Shown here in pieces: positions 11,624 through 22,171 of a DNA stretch of 64,000 nucleotides. The stretch covers positions 568,912,001-568,976,000 of the forward strand of contig NW_027362765.1 of NCBI RefSeq assembly GCF_046119375.1, read 5' to 3'. Both the position numbers and the translations under genes were made by a program. Source of the DNA: Phyllobates terribilis. Its lineage: Eukaryota. Position 1 is the stretch's first letter; every line of letters starts with the position of its first letter. A model generated the notes under the pieces. It made no database searches. It was not told the DNA's origin and was given only the letters and a program-made list of their open reading frames with translations.

Positions 11624-11897
11624 CTAATTTGAATGAATACACTTTAAATCCATTTACAAGGATCTATTGGAGGGCAAGTCTCATGCCAGCAGCCGCGGTA
11701 ATTCCAGCTCCAGTAGCGTCCACTAAAGCTGCTGCAGTTAAAAAGCTTTTATAAGGATCGAGCTCAGCTGTCCACCGCAAGGCATCCTAGTGCCAGTCCC
11801 AGCCCCTATGCCTTGGGGTGCCTCCTGATGCTCTTCACTAAGTGTCCCATGGTCCCGAAGCATTTCCTTTGAAAAAATTAAGTGTCTAAACTACAGG
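11624..11897 (+). pseudogene. Degenerate 18S rRNA fragment inside the hAT element
   Basis: TTGGAGGGCAAGTCT..TGCCAGCAGCCGCGGTAATTCCAGCTCCA.TAGCG..TAAAG.TGCTGCAGTTAAAAAGCT and CCCGAAGC.TTT.CTTTGAAAAAATTA.AGTG match the conserved eukaryotic SSU core. Many substitutions, and no further rDNA unit around it. Confidence 0.92.
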
Positions 11898-12004
11898 TGG
11901 TGTAGCTTGCTTAACAGCCGGGATAATCCGCTGACTAGCAGACACTGCTACTAGGCACAAAGTATTTCCTGGGCTAGATGCAGTTAAAAATTTGTAATTA
12001 GATA

Positions 12005-13826
12005 CTCTCGTTGGATGCTGAGAAAGCATTCCATAGAGTCTCCTGGCACGCCATATATGATTCTCTTAAAAAGCTTGGGGTAGGGGTCTAGGGGACCCTT
12101 TTATAGCCAAAATCACGGCCCTGTATCGCAATACGTCACCTAGGCTGAAGATAAATGGAACTGTAGCACCCTGAGGGCTCGGTTGCTACAGACGTATTGC
12201 ACCTCACCCAGAGGTGTGATATCTCACTCTCAGGTAAGGATGGAGTGTGGATCAGGACCCGACACCTGCATGCATTACACCACATTGCCGTGGGGCAGGG
12301 CGACCAATATGCCCCTGAGATGGGCACGACAGTCCCTGTCCCTGGCTGGAGTGGGGGGAGGGAACACTGAGGAAGGGGAACCCTGTAGTGCAGGAGCAGG
12401 GAGGAAGCAGTTCCTGGGTGCATTGAGAAGGGAGTATAAAAGGTGGGCACCATCTTAGTTCAGTGCAGAGAAGTCTGAGCAGAAGTGGCAGGGAGCAGGG
12501 GCTCTGCATGAGCTCTGCTCCGGAGGCGGGCCTAGTAACAGAGGCCCAGGCCTGGAAGAGGGAGAAGGAAGGAAGAGGAGCGGAGAAGGCTCCAGGAATG
12601 AGGAATGAAGGGATCCCAGGGGTGCGGACGGGCGAGTCGCCACCGCACGCCCGAATCCACCTGCGTGGAGGGGTCAGGCCAAAGGGGGAGACCGGTCCCC
12701 GAACTAGTGGAGGCAGGAAACGACCCTCAGCTAGAAACCGGAGGCTCTGACATTTTATGCGGCGCAGCCCCTCACTACACCCGCTAGGAAGGCACCACAT
12801 AGGGTCAGGGAAACTGGCGCCAAGTTTACCAAGAGGAGGCCCGAGGCAGCCGGACAGAAGTGTTGGTAAGAAAGGCCAGACAAAGGACATACAAAGGGGG
12901 TCCTGTGAAGTGCTCCAAAGTTATCTGGGAGTTGTCTGAGCCCCTCACCTGGTGAGCACAGTACGACGTGGGCAGCCGTTACCTGCAGACGTGGTCTGGA
13001 TAATAAGAACTGTGAGTAAAGGCCCTGGACTGCATCACTGACTCCGTGTCGTTACTGCTGCTGCCCTGCACCATCACCCCCATCCTCCGCATACACTGCC
13101 CTGAGGCTATACTCCTCCCGTGGGGAGTTATGCTACGCTCTGCTGCACCCACAACACCAGCCTCAGCGGTCTGCCCTGTAGCGGCGGTTCACTCTGACCG
13201 CAATCCACGGGTGGCGTAGTCGGACATTTAAACATCAAAACCACATAAATAGTTCCGCCACTGGTTTGACCGCCCTGAGCCACGGAACCGGGTCGCCGCC
13301 ACGAAGACTACAACCACCAGCATCCACCAAAAAGGGTCCGGCTCCGGGTGTCCCAAGGCCCAGGGGGTGCGTCAGAACATTTTCATCACCTTTCACAATC
13401 ACCAATGGGACAAGGCAGGGATGTCCTCTGTCCCCTCTCTTATACATCCTAGTGACGGAGCACCTGCTCTCATCAATTCGCCATAACCCCAATATTAGGT
13501 GGATTGAGGTGGGGGGCACCGAGTACAAGTGCTCTCTATTTGCTGATGATGTCCTAGTATATATCACTCAATCACATATATCCATCCCTGCTGTTATGGC
13601 TGAAATAGATCACTTTGTTACATGGTAAAATTTTAAAATCAATGCAGCGAAGTCTGAGGCCCTCGATGTCTCCCTCCCCAAATCCATATAGGATTCCATC
13701 CAGTCCAACTTTCCCTTTGCCTGGCCCTCACAGGGTATCAAATACTTAGGAATTCCTATTCATAGAGACCTCTCCCATCTATGTTATCTTAATTTTGGGC
13801 CCTTTATTGAACAATTCCATACAGAC
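12005..13826 (+). pseudogene. L1/Tx1-clade LINE reverse transcriptase fragment, split by a solo LTR
   Basis: LSLDAEKAFHRVSW...KINGT | FSSPFTITNGTRQGCPLSPLLYIL...SLFADDVLVY...IKYLGI reads contiguously once the LTR and one TSD copy are removed. Both ends are truncated. Confidence 0.9.
12162..13374 (+). mobile_element. Solo LTR (1213 bp), Gypsy-type
   Basis: TGTAGC...GCGTCA termini. 4-bp TSD GAAC at 12158-12161 and 13375-13378. TATAAAA near 12436. The start resembles the LTR at 61399. Confidence 0.88.
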
Positions 13827-15392
13827 CACGGTTGGCAAGTTAGAACTGTAAGATTCACTACGTGAACCACTGGTGTTTTGTGGAAAAGCACATGTACACT
13901 GCGTTCCAAATTATTATGCAAAAAGTGTTTAGGAGTGATAAGGGAAGAATTTGTTTGTTTGTCAGTTAAACTCATTGATGGTGATGTGTGTCAGGGCTCT
14001 TTATATCACTGTAAGCAATTGCAGACACCTGTGCTAATTAGTTTGGCAGGTGTGTCCAATGAAAGGCAAGACTACTTAAGAAGGCTCTCTCACATTATTA
14101 AGCAGCCTACATTTTCTGCCAAAATGGGAAAGAAAAAGGATGTGTCGGCTGCTGGGAAGCAACAAATTGTGGAGTGTTTAGGTCAAGGCATGACTACAAT
14201 CAACATTGTGCGATGATCAGGATGAAGTGTCTTGGCAATCAAGAAGTATGTAGCTGATTCACAGTACACACGTGTGCGTGCTGATAAGGGCAAATTGAGG
14301 ACTCTTTCCTACAGGCAATTACGTCAGGTTAAAAGAGCAGCGGCAAGAAAGCCTTGTCATAGCAGCAGACAAGTTTTTGAAGCTGCTGGTGCCTCCAAAG
14401 TCCCCCGAACAACAAGATGCAGGGTCCTTCAGAGGTTTGCAGCTGTGCATACGCCATCCTGTCGACCTCCTCTATCCACTTCACACAAGCAGAAACGGCT
14501 CCAGTGGGCCAAACATTACATGAAGACTGATTTCAAAACTGTTTTGTTCACGGATGAGTGCCGTGCAGCGCTCGATGGTCCAGATGGATGGAGTGGAGGA
14601 TGGCTGGTTGATAGACACCCCACGCAAACACGGCTACAGCGCCAACGAGGAGGTGGAGTAATGTTTTGGGCTGGAATCATGGGGAGAGAGATTGTCGGCC
14701 CCTTTAGGATCCCTGAAGGCGCTAAAGATGAACTCCATAATGTATGTGGATTTTCTCAAACAGCACTTCCTGCCATGGTTCAAGAAGAAGAACCGTGTAT
14801 TTCACAGCAAGATCATTTTTCTGCATGATAATGCACCATCTCATGCTGCACATAAAACATCTGCATCTCTGGCTGATATGGGCATAAAAGGGGACAAACT
14901 TATGGTGTGACCCCCATGCTCCCCTGACCTCTACCCCATTCAGAACCTTTGGAGCATCATTAAAAGGAGTGTCTATGATGACGGGAGGCAGTTCACATCT
15001 AAGCAACAGCTCTGGGAGGGTATTCTGTCCTCATGCAAAACAATTGAAGCAGAAACCATCCAAAACCTGACAAATTCAATGGATGAGAGAGTTCAGAAGC
15101 TCCTTTCGAACAAGGGGTCCTATGTGAAAATGTAACATCACCTACAATAAAGTTTTGAGTTGAAAACTGTTTGATTTCAGTTTCTAACAACCTGCTAATG
15201 CTTATAATTTCAAAAATGACCATTTTTTTGGTCTTTATTAAAATGAAAAGGTTGATCGAAAAGTTTGGGGGATCTAAGAGTGTGGCAACCCAGTAGTCAT
15301 GATTACTTCGAATTCTGACAATATGAGGGTCATGCTGCAGATAGTGCAGCAAGAAGGCACTTATGTGTCTTGCGCATCTCGGAGCCCCAAAA
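13827..15392 (-). pseudogene. Second, paralogous fragment of the hAT transposase (13827-13896 and ~15262-15392), interrupted by TRT
   Basis: 13827-13896 matches ~16045-16115. 15262-15392 encodes LLHYLQHDPHIVRIRSNHDYWVATLLDP versus LLHYLQHDPRIVRIRNNPDYWVATLLDP in the intact ORF. Confidence 0.85.
13897..15255 (+). mobile_element. TRT-type (DD37E) Tc1/mariner transposon, decayed, right TIR lost
   Basis: TA then CACTGCGTTCCAAATTATTATGC. ORF from ATG 14124 (MGKKKDVSAA) to 15135 with stops and frameshifts. LFTDE...HDN-x37-[E->Q]NLW spacing counted as 37. Confidence 0.88.
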
Positions 15393-15592
15393 TTATTTTC
15401 CGGGCTAGATGCAGCTAAAAATTATTTTTAATTTTAAATCTGGTGGAGCTTATTATAGATGGCCTAATAGGATCAGTGCTGCACACTGCTACAAAGCCCA
15501 AATTATTTTCCAGTCAAGATACAGATAAATATGATTAGTAATTTGAAAGCTTAAAACGGTTGGTAGGGTGATTTTAACCAATCATCAAGCTT

Positions 15593-18500
15593 TTACTCTC
15601 CCCAGGATGACACAGGGGTAGAAAAGTCGTTTCGGATCCATGATTTGTTCATCTTTATGAACGTGAGTCTGTCTACATTATCAGTGGAGAGCCGCGTGCG
15701 CTTATCTGTCAGCACACCACCAGCAGCGCTGAACACACGTTCAGACAGAACGCTGGCTGCGGGGCATGACAAGATCTCCAAGGCGTAAGTGGCTATCTCC
15801 GGCCATTTATCCAGATTGGAAGCCCAAAAAGAGCAAGGGTCCAGTGACACAGTCGTGGCTTCAATGTTTACTTGGAGATACTCCTGTACCATCGTCTCTA
15901 GGCGTTGACTATGTGTCAGACTTCTTGTCTCCTGTGGCCTTGCAAAGGATGGGCTAAAAAAGTGGTGAAATGATTCCGCAAAATTGATGTTACCAGCAGA
16001 TACTGTGGTTCTGTTACGGTTTGAGTGCTGAACACTTGACGGTCCCACGGTTGGCAAGTTGGAACTGTGAGATTCACTACGTGCACCACTGGTATTTTGT
16101 GGAAAAGCACATGTAAGATTCTGCAACAGTCTCTGCTGATACTCCTGCATGCGTGCATCCCTTTCTATGGCAGGAATAATTTCTGCAAATTTACTTTTGT
16201 ACCGGGGATCTAACAGTGTGGCAACCCAGTAGTCAGGATTATTTCTAATTCTCACAATTCGAGGGTCATGTTGCAGGTAGTGCAGCAAGAAGGCACTCAT
16301 GTGTGTTGCGCATCCAGGAGCACCAAGTCCCTGTTGTGTTGGTGGCGAGGTAACAATCATGCTTCCTTCCTCTGTCCTCTCCCCCCAACCTCGCACAACA
16401 GAAATGTGATCAAGGTCTCCCTCATCTGATGAGTCTTCCATCAGTTCGTCCTCCACTTCTTCCTGGGCTCCTGCACCTTCCTCACTAGTTTGGCTGCTAC
16501 CATGCGCCCTGGTAAAACCATCTCCCCCACCCTCACATGCCTGCCGCCTTGGTGCTGCCGACCGTCTGGACCTTGCAGATGTTAGCCCTTCCGCATACAA
16601 CTCCTCCTCCTCTACTTCCTCCACCTCCTCTTGTGCCACCACCTGACTCCGAATTCTGTTTAACATGTGCTCCAGCATGTAAATCACCGGAATAGTCATG
16701 CTGATAATGGCATCGTCAGCACTAAACATCTTCGTCGCCATTTCAAAACTGTGCAGAAGGGTGCATAGGTCCCTGATCTGAGACCACTCCTCCAGCGTGA
16801 TTTGCCCCACCTCTGAATCTCGTTGGCCCAGGCTATACGTCAGAACGTATTGCACCAGGGCTTGTCGGTGCTGCCACAGTCGCTGCAACATGTGCAGAGT
16901 TGAATTCCACCGGGTAGGCACATCGCATTTTAGCCGGTGAAGTGGCAGGCCCAACGACTTCTGTAGAGATGTAAGTCGCTGAGCTGCGGGATGCGAACGG
17001 CGGAAGTGAGCACACAGAGACCGTGCCCTCTGCAGAAGGCCATCTAGTCTGGGATAGTGGGCTAAAAATTGCTGGACAACCAGGTTCAACACGTGAGCCA
17101 TACAAGGCACGTGTGTGACATTGCCCCGGCGAAGGGCCGCACCCAGGTTTGCAGCATTGTCGCACACGGCCTTCCCTGGTTTCAGGTCCAGTGGAGACAA
17201 CCATTCATGAAATTGGTTCTCCAGAGCTGACCACAACTCCTCAGCTGTGTGACTCACATTTCCCAGACATTTCAAAGTAAAAACCGCCTGATGACGTTGA
17301 GCCCTACTGCCAGCATAGTAAGGAGGTGTGCAGGATCCCTTCTGCGCAGTTAGAAAGCTTGTGGCATGACCAGACAGGCTTTGGGTGCAGGTGGAAGACC
17401 GAGAGGAGGTTGAGGAGGCAGAAGCAGTGGAGGAACTTTGACATAAAGAGGATTGACGCACAACTCGTGGGGACGGCAAGACTTGGACAGCAGCCCCTTG
17501 TCCTGCTGTCACCATAGTTACCCAGTGCCCAGTCAGTGACATGTAACGCCCCTGTCCATGCCTACTCGTCCAAGTGTCTGTGGTGAAATGCACCCTGTCA
17601 CACACAGAGTTTCTCAAAGAAGCGGTGATGTTGTGTGCGACATGCTGGTGGAGCGCAGGCACACCTTTCTTTGAGAAGTAGTGCCGACTGGGCATCTGGT
17701 ACTGGGGCACTGCGACGGACATAAGGTCTCGAAAATCCTCTGTGTCCACCAGGCGGAAAGGCAGCATTTCTGTAGCCAAGAGCTTGTAGATGGTGAAATT
17801 CAACCTCTTAGCTTTCTCATGGCTAGGAGGAAATGGTCTTTTACTTGTCCACATCTGAGGGACCGAGGGCTGGCTATTGTGCTTAGACGGGGTTGATAAG
17901 GGTGTCCCCGGCAAACTGCCGGTCTGTGAGGAAGATGCAGGCGGACATGTTAGGTTGCCTTGATCCAAAGGTGGTGCTATCGATGTCGGACAGCGCTCAA
18001 CACCAGCTGGTGTTACCACCTCCAAAGAAAATGATGACCTGCCAATTACGCTGGCTGTTGCGGGTAAAGAGGTGGCAGGTCTGCGCCCCAAAACAGGTGT
18101 GACTGCTGTCCCCCCAGTCACAGAGGATGAAGAGGCCGCGGATGCACAAGATATGGCAGACGGTGGTTGGCCCGGCCGGTTAGGCCGCATTGTAGCACAC
18201 TGAGCTTCCCACTGCAACTTACGCTTCATGTCCATGTGCCGGTTCATGCATGAAGTACTCAAACTATGTATTTTTTGGCCTCTACTTAGCTTTTGCTGAC
18301 AAATGTTACAGATAACACGAGTTGGGTCATCTTTATCGATCTGAAAAAATGCCCAGGCTATGCAAGGCTTAGCACCCATGCGACCTGAAGAGCCACCACG
18401 ACTTGTGGTGAGAGGCAGAGTTGTGTTTGAGGATGCAGTTGTTGACGTGCTTCCAGTACTACGTCTCTGTCCAGGAAGGCGCAACCTGACCTCGTCGTCA

Positions 18501-19294
18501 CTAGCATCTTCCTCCACCTCCTCTGCTGACCTCATCTCTTGGCTGACTGTGGGTTGACAGTAAGTGGGATCTCCAACCTCATCATCATCACCCTGTGTGT
18601 TATCACACCCGTCGTCCTCAGAGCCAACCTGTTCCTGCCCTGACAAAAAACTAAAGTTGTCGCTCCAATCAGGTATTTGAGTCTTATCATCGTCTTCCTC
18701 ATTGTCTCCACCAACAGGAGTTACAGTTTGGGAATGAGGGTCTACATTATGGTCAGAACCTTCTGCGTCTGGTCCTGGATCCGACTCATAAAGATTCTGG
18801 GCATCAGTGCAGATCATTTCCTCGTCTGGATTCACAGAAGCGCTGGAGTCGACCTCTGATTCCCAGGCTATAGTATGAGTAAACAGCTCTGCAGACTCAA
18901 CCATCTGTTCTACCTCATACTCAGACGGGCAGCTGGAGATTTGGGAGCTGTGAGGAAGCAAGTGCGATTTAGGTGACACCTTTGAGGACTGGAGTATTTG
19001 TGATGTTGAAGTTGATGTGGAGGAGAGCCCACTTAAAGGAGCACTTGATATCCGTTGAAGCACCTGCTGTTTTTGTGCCTCATCTGGAATTTGTAGCGAT
19101 TGGCGTGGCCGTAAGAAAGGGATTTTATCACATTGTCCGCTAAAAGAAGTAGACATTTTAGTTTGGCTGGAAGATGGTCTTTCTTCTGCAGATGTTACTG
19201 TTGCTTTAACACCTACCCCACGGACACAACCTTTTTTCCCCTTCCCAACACGACTATTCCCCTTTCCACCAGCAGCAGGCCTTTTTCCACTCAT
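15593..19294 (-). CDS. hAT transposase, 1233 aa (BED zinc finger, RNase H-fold DDE, C-terminal dimerization domain; ZBED/Ac-like)
   Basis: Uninterrupted ORF. BED motif WAFF..CNICQQ..RH; catalytic FTTDTW, VCDNAAN, CMAHVLNL, RWNST and SERVFSAAG; dimerization motif RTRLSTDNVDRLTFIKMN. Confidence 0.95.
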   Translation of the reverse strand: MSGKRPAAGGKGNSRVGKGKKGCVRGVGVKATVTSAEERPSSSQTKMSTSFSGQCDKIPFLRPRQSLQIPDEAQKQQVLQRISSAPLSGLSSTSTSTSQILQSSKVSPKSHLLPHSSQISSCPSEYEVEQMVESAELFTHTIAWESEVDSSASVNPDEEMICTDAQNLYESDPGPDAEGSDHNVDPHSQTVTPVGGDNEEDDDKTQIPDWSDNFSFLSGQEQVGSEDDGCDNTQGDDDEVGDPTYCQPTVSQEMRSAEEVEEDASDDEVRLRLPGQRRSTGSTSTTASSNTTLPLTTSRGGSSGRMGAKPCIAWAFFQIDKDDPTRVICNICQQKLSRGQKIHSLSTSCMNRHMDMKRKLQWEAQCATMRPNRPGQPPSAISCASAASSSSVTGGTAVTPVLGRRPATSLPATASVIGRSSFSLEVVTPAGVERCPTSIAPPLDQGNLTCPPASSSQTGSLPGTPLSTPSKHNSQPSVPQMWTSKRPFPPSHEKAKRLNFTIYKLLATEMLPFRLVDTEDFRDLMSVAVPQYQMPSRHYFSKKGVPALHQHVAHNITASLRNSVCDRVHFTTDTWTSRHGQGRYMSLTGHWVTMVTAGQGAAVQVLPSPRVVRQSSLCQSSSTASASSTSSRSSTCTQSLSGHATSFLTAQKGSCTPPYYAGSRAQRHQAVFTLKCLGNVSHTAEELWSALENQFHEWLSPLDLKPGKAVCDNAANLGAALRRGNVTHVPCMAHVLNLVVQQFLAHYPRLDGLLQRARSLCAHFRRSHPAAQRLTSLQKSLGLPLHRLKCDVPTRWNSTLHMLQRLWQHRQALVQYVLTYSLGQRDSEVGQITLEEWSQIRDLCTLLHSFEMATKMFSADDAIISMTIPVIYMLEHMLNRIRSQVVAQEEVEEVEEEELYAEGLTSARSRRSAAPRRQACEGGGDGFTRAHGSSQTSEEGAGAQEEVEDELMEDSSDEGDLDHISVVRGWGERTEEGSMIVTSPPTQQGLGAPGCATHMSAFLLHYLQHDPRIVRIRNNPDYWVATLLDPRYKSKFAEIIPAIERDARMQEYQQRLLQNLTCAFPQNTSGARSESHSSNLPTVGPSSVQHSNRNRTTVSAGNINFAESFHHFFSPSFARPQETRSLTHSQRLETMVQEYLQVNIEATTVSLDPCSFWASNLDKWPEIATYALEILSCPAASVLSERVFSAAGGVLTDKRTRLSTDNVDRLTFIKMNKSWIRNDFSTPVSSWGE

Positions 19295-19409
19295 TTTGGT
19301 GGTTAACTAATTCACAACTCTGGAGTTGTTTGCACAAAAAAACAATGGATGGTAACCGAGCAGAGCTGAGTGGCCAAACTGTGGTATTAGGCCACAACTA
19401 TTGGCTGGG

Positions 19410-21255
19410 TTAGATGCAGAAAAAAATTATATTCAATTTGCAACCTGATGGAGGTCAGTATAGATGGACTAATACAACAAGTCCCACACACAGCTAGAAG
19501 CCCAATATTTTTTCAGAGGTAGATGCAGAAAAAAATATATTCAGTTTGCAACCTGATGGAGGTCAGTATAGATGGACTAATACAACAAGTCCCACACACA
19601 GCTAGAAGCCCAAATATTTTTTCAGAGGTACTGTAGATGCAGATAAAAATTATTTTTAATTTGCAACCTGATGGAGGTCAGTATAGATGGACTAATAGAG
19701 AAAGTCCGACACACTGCTAGAAGGCCAAATATTTTTTCAGAGCTAGATGCAGAAAAAAATAAGAATCAGTTTGCAACCTGATGGAGGTCTGTATAGATGG
19801 ATTAATAGAACAAGACCCACACACAGCTAGAAGCCCAATATTTTTTCAGAGGTAGATGCAGAAAAAAATATATTCAGTTTGCAACCTGATGGAGGTCAGT
19901 ATAGATGGACTAATACAACAAGTCCCACACACAGCTAGAAGCCCAAATATTTTTTCAGAGGTACTGTAGATGCAGATAAAAATTATTTTGAATTTGCAAC
20001 CTGATGGAGGTCAGTATAGATGGACTAATAGAGAAAGTCCGACACACTGCTAGAAGGCCAAGTATTTTTTCAGAGGTACTGTAGATGCAGATAAAAATTA
20101 TTTTTAATTTGCAACCTGATGGAGGTCAGTATAGATGGACTAATAGAGAAAGTCCGACACACTACTAGAAGGCCAAATATTTTTTCAGAGCTAGATGCAG
20201 AAAAAAATTATATTCAGTTTGCAACCTGATGGAAGTCAGTATAGATGGACTAATACAACAAGTCCCACACACAGCTAGAAGCCCAATATTTTTTCAGAGG
20301 TAGATGCAGAAAAAAATATATTCAGTTTGCAACCTGATGGAGGTCAGTATAGATGGACTAATACAACAAGTCCCACACACAGCTAGAAGCCCAATATTTT
20401 TTCAGAGGTAGATGCAGAAAAAAATATATTCAGTTTGCAACCTGATGGAGGTCAGTATAGATGGACTAATACAACAAGTCCCACACACAGCTAGAAGCCC
20501 AAATATTTTTTCAGAGGTACTGTAGATGCAGATAAAAATTATTTTGAATTTGGAACCTGATGGAGGTCAGTATAGATGGAATAATAGAGAAAGTCCGACA
20601 CACTGCTAGAAGGCCAAATATTTTTTCAGAGGTACTGTAGATGCAGATAAAAATTATTTTTAATTTGCAACCTGATGGAGGTCAGTATAGATGGACTAAT
20701 AGAGAAAGTCTGACACACTACTAGAAGGCCAAATATTTTTTCAGAGCTAGATGCAGAAAAAAATTATATTCAGTTTGCAACCTGATGGAGGTCAGTATAG
20801 ATGGACTAATACAACAAGCCCCACACACAGCTAGAAGCCCAATATTTTTTCAGAGGTAGATGCAGAAAAAAATATATTCAGTTTGCAACCTGATGGAGGT
20901 CAGTATAGATGGACTAATACAACAAGTCCCACACACAGCTAGAAGCCCAATATTTTTTCAGAGGTAGATGCAGAAAAAAATATATTCAGTTTGCAACCTG
21001 ATGGAGGTCAGTATAGATGGACTAATACAACAAGTCCCACACACAGCTAGAAGCCCAAATATTTTTTCAGAGGTACTGTAGATGCAGATAAAAATTATTT
21101 TGAATTTGCAACCTGATGGAGGTCAGTATAGATGGACTAATAGAGAAAGTCCGACACACTGCTAGAAGGCCAAATATTTTTTCAGAGCTAGATGCAGAAA
21201 AAAATTAGATTCAGTTTGCAACCTGATGGAGGTCAGTATAGATGGACTAATAGAA
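19410..21255. repeat. ~110-bp tandem array (17 units, two variant types) upstream of the transposase ATG
   Basis: (G/T)(C/G)AACCTGATGGA(G/A)GTC occurs 17 times at 108-116 bp spacing. Variants ...ACAACAAGTCCCACACACAGC... and ...GAGAAAGTCCGACACACTGC... alternate irregularly. Confidence 0.93.
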
Positions 21256-21727
21256 TGATGCTATGCCCAAAAGATTTTACTTCACTAGGTGCAGTAAAAA
21301 AATTGGTATTCTATACACAGGTGGTATATCTTGCAACACAGATAGGCTACTCCACTGACTAACACACTCTGCAATAGGCCAAAAAGGATTAGCTTTGCTA
21401 GATTCAGCCAAATGCTGTGAAAAAAACTTGCACAGCACTGGCACAGACCTGCCTGGCAAAAACTGATAGGAACTGATGTAACCTAGTCCTGAAAAGGACT
21501 CCAATTACAATTAGTCTTTACTCCCACAACCTATCTATTTAAGAGCACAGACCTGCCTGATAAAAGTCGTAGGAAATGCTGTAACCTAGTCCTTAAAAGG
21601 ACTGCAATCACAACTATTCCCTACTCCCAAGCTATCTGTATATTTGTGTGAAAATTGGCTTGAAATTAACAAGGTATAGCGCACACAGCAACAGCGGTGC
21701 CGTCTAACACGCAGCTGCAGCAGTGAG

Positions 21728-21794
21728 AAAATGGTGGCGACGGGGAAAATGGCTTGGTCTTATAGGGCAAGGACATGTGACATAAGCTGCCAAT
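21728..21794 (-). promoter_or_regulatory. Putative hAT transposase promoter
   Basis: Minus-strand order ATTGG, GTCACATG, CTATAAG, GCCATTTT, CCATTTT. The same order occurs in the older element at 25134-25198. Confidence 0.5.
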
Positions 21795-22171
21795 GACACA
21801 TGCCCTTGCTTGTGTGAAAAAAAGCACTTCGCTCCGTGTGTGCGCTGCTGATAGGCTGACAGATTGCACCTCCCCACTGTAAATGCGGGAAAGAGAAAAA
21901 AAAATGGAGATCTTCATTGTTCCTGCAGAGATCCATCCCCTGCCCCTCCCCCCACCCCGCTGTACACTCAAACTGCGTATTAACATTAATTTTCATCATT
22001 ACTGAGAAAAAATCCAGTTATGATTTTGGTGCACGAACAGTTATCGAACATATCCTCGAACAGCCAAATTTTTCTCAAATTGTTCGTGTTCGCCGAACGG
22101 CTCGAACACCGCCCAAAACAGCTCGAATTTGAGATTGGCGAACAGTTCGAGTAGAACAACGCTCATCTCTA

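Larger units (their letters stand above)
11119..22171 (-). mobile_element. 11,053-bp hAT DNA transposon with intact transposase ORF and cargo
   Basis: Imperfect TIRs TAGTGTTGAGC / GCTCATCTCTA (9/11). Perfect 8-bp TSD TTAGAGAG at 11111-11118 and 22172-22179. TTCG/CGAA-rich subterminal motifs at both ends. Confidence 0.93.

Noticed and set aside
11624-11897. Functional 18S rRNA gene
   Set aside because: Only ~270 bp, with substitutions in conserved positions and no flanking rDNA unit.
15593-19294. Domesticated ZBED host gene
   Set aside because: The ORF lies within TIRs and a perfect 8-bp TSD and has decayed relatives nearby, so it is a transposon.
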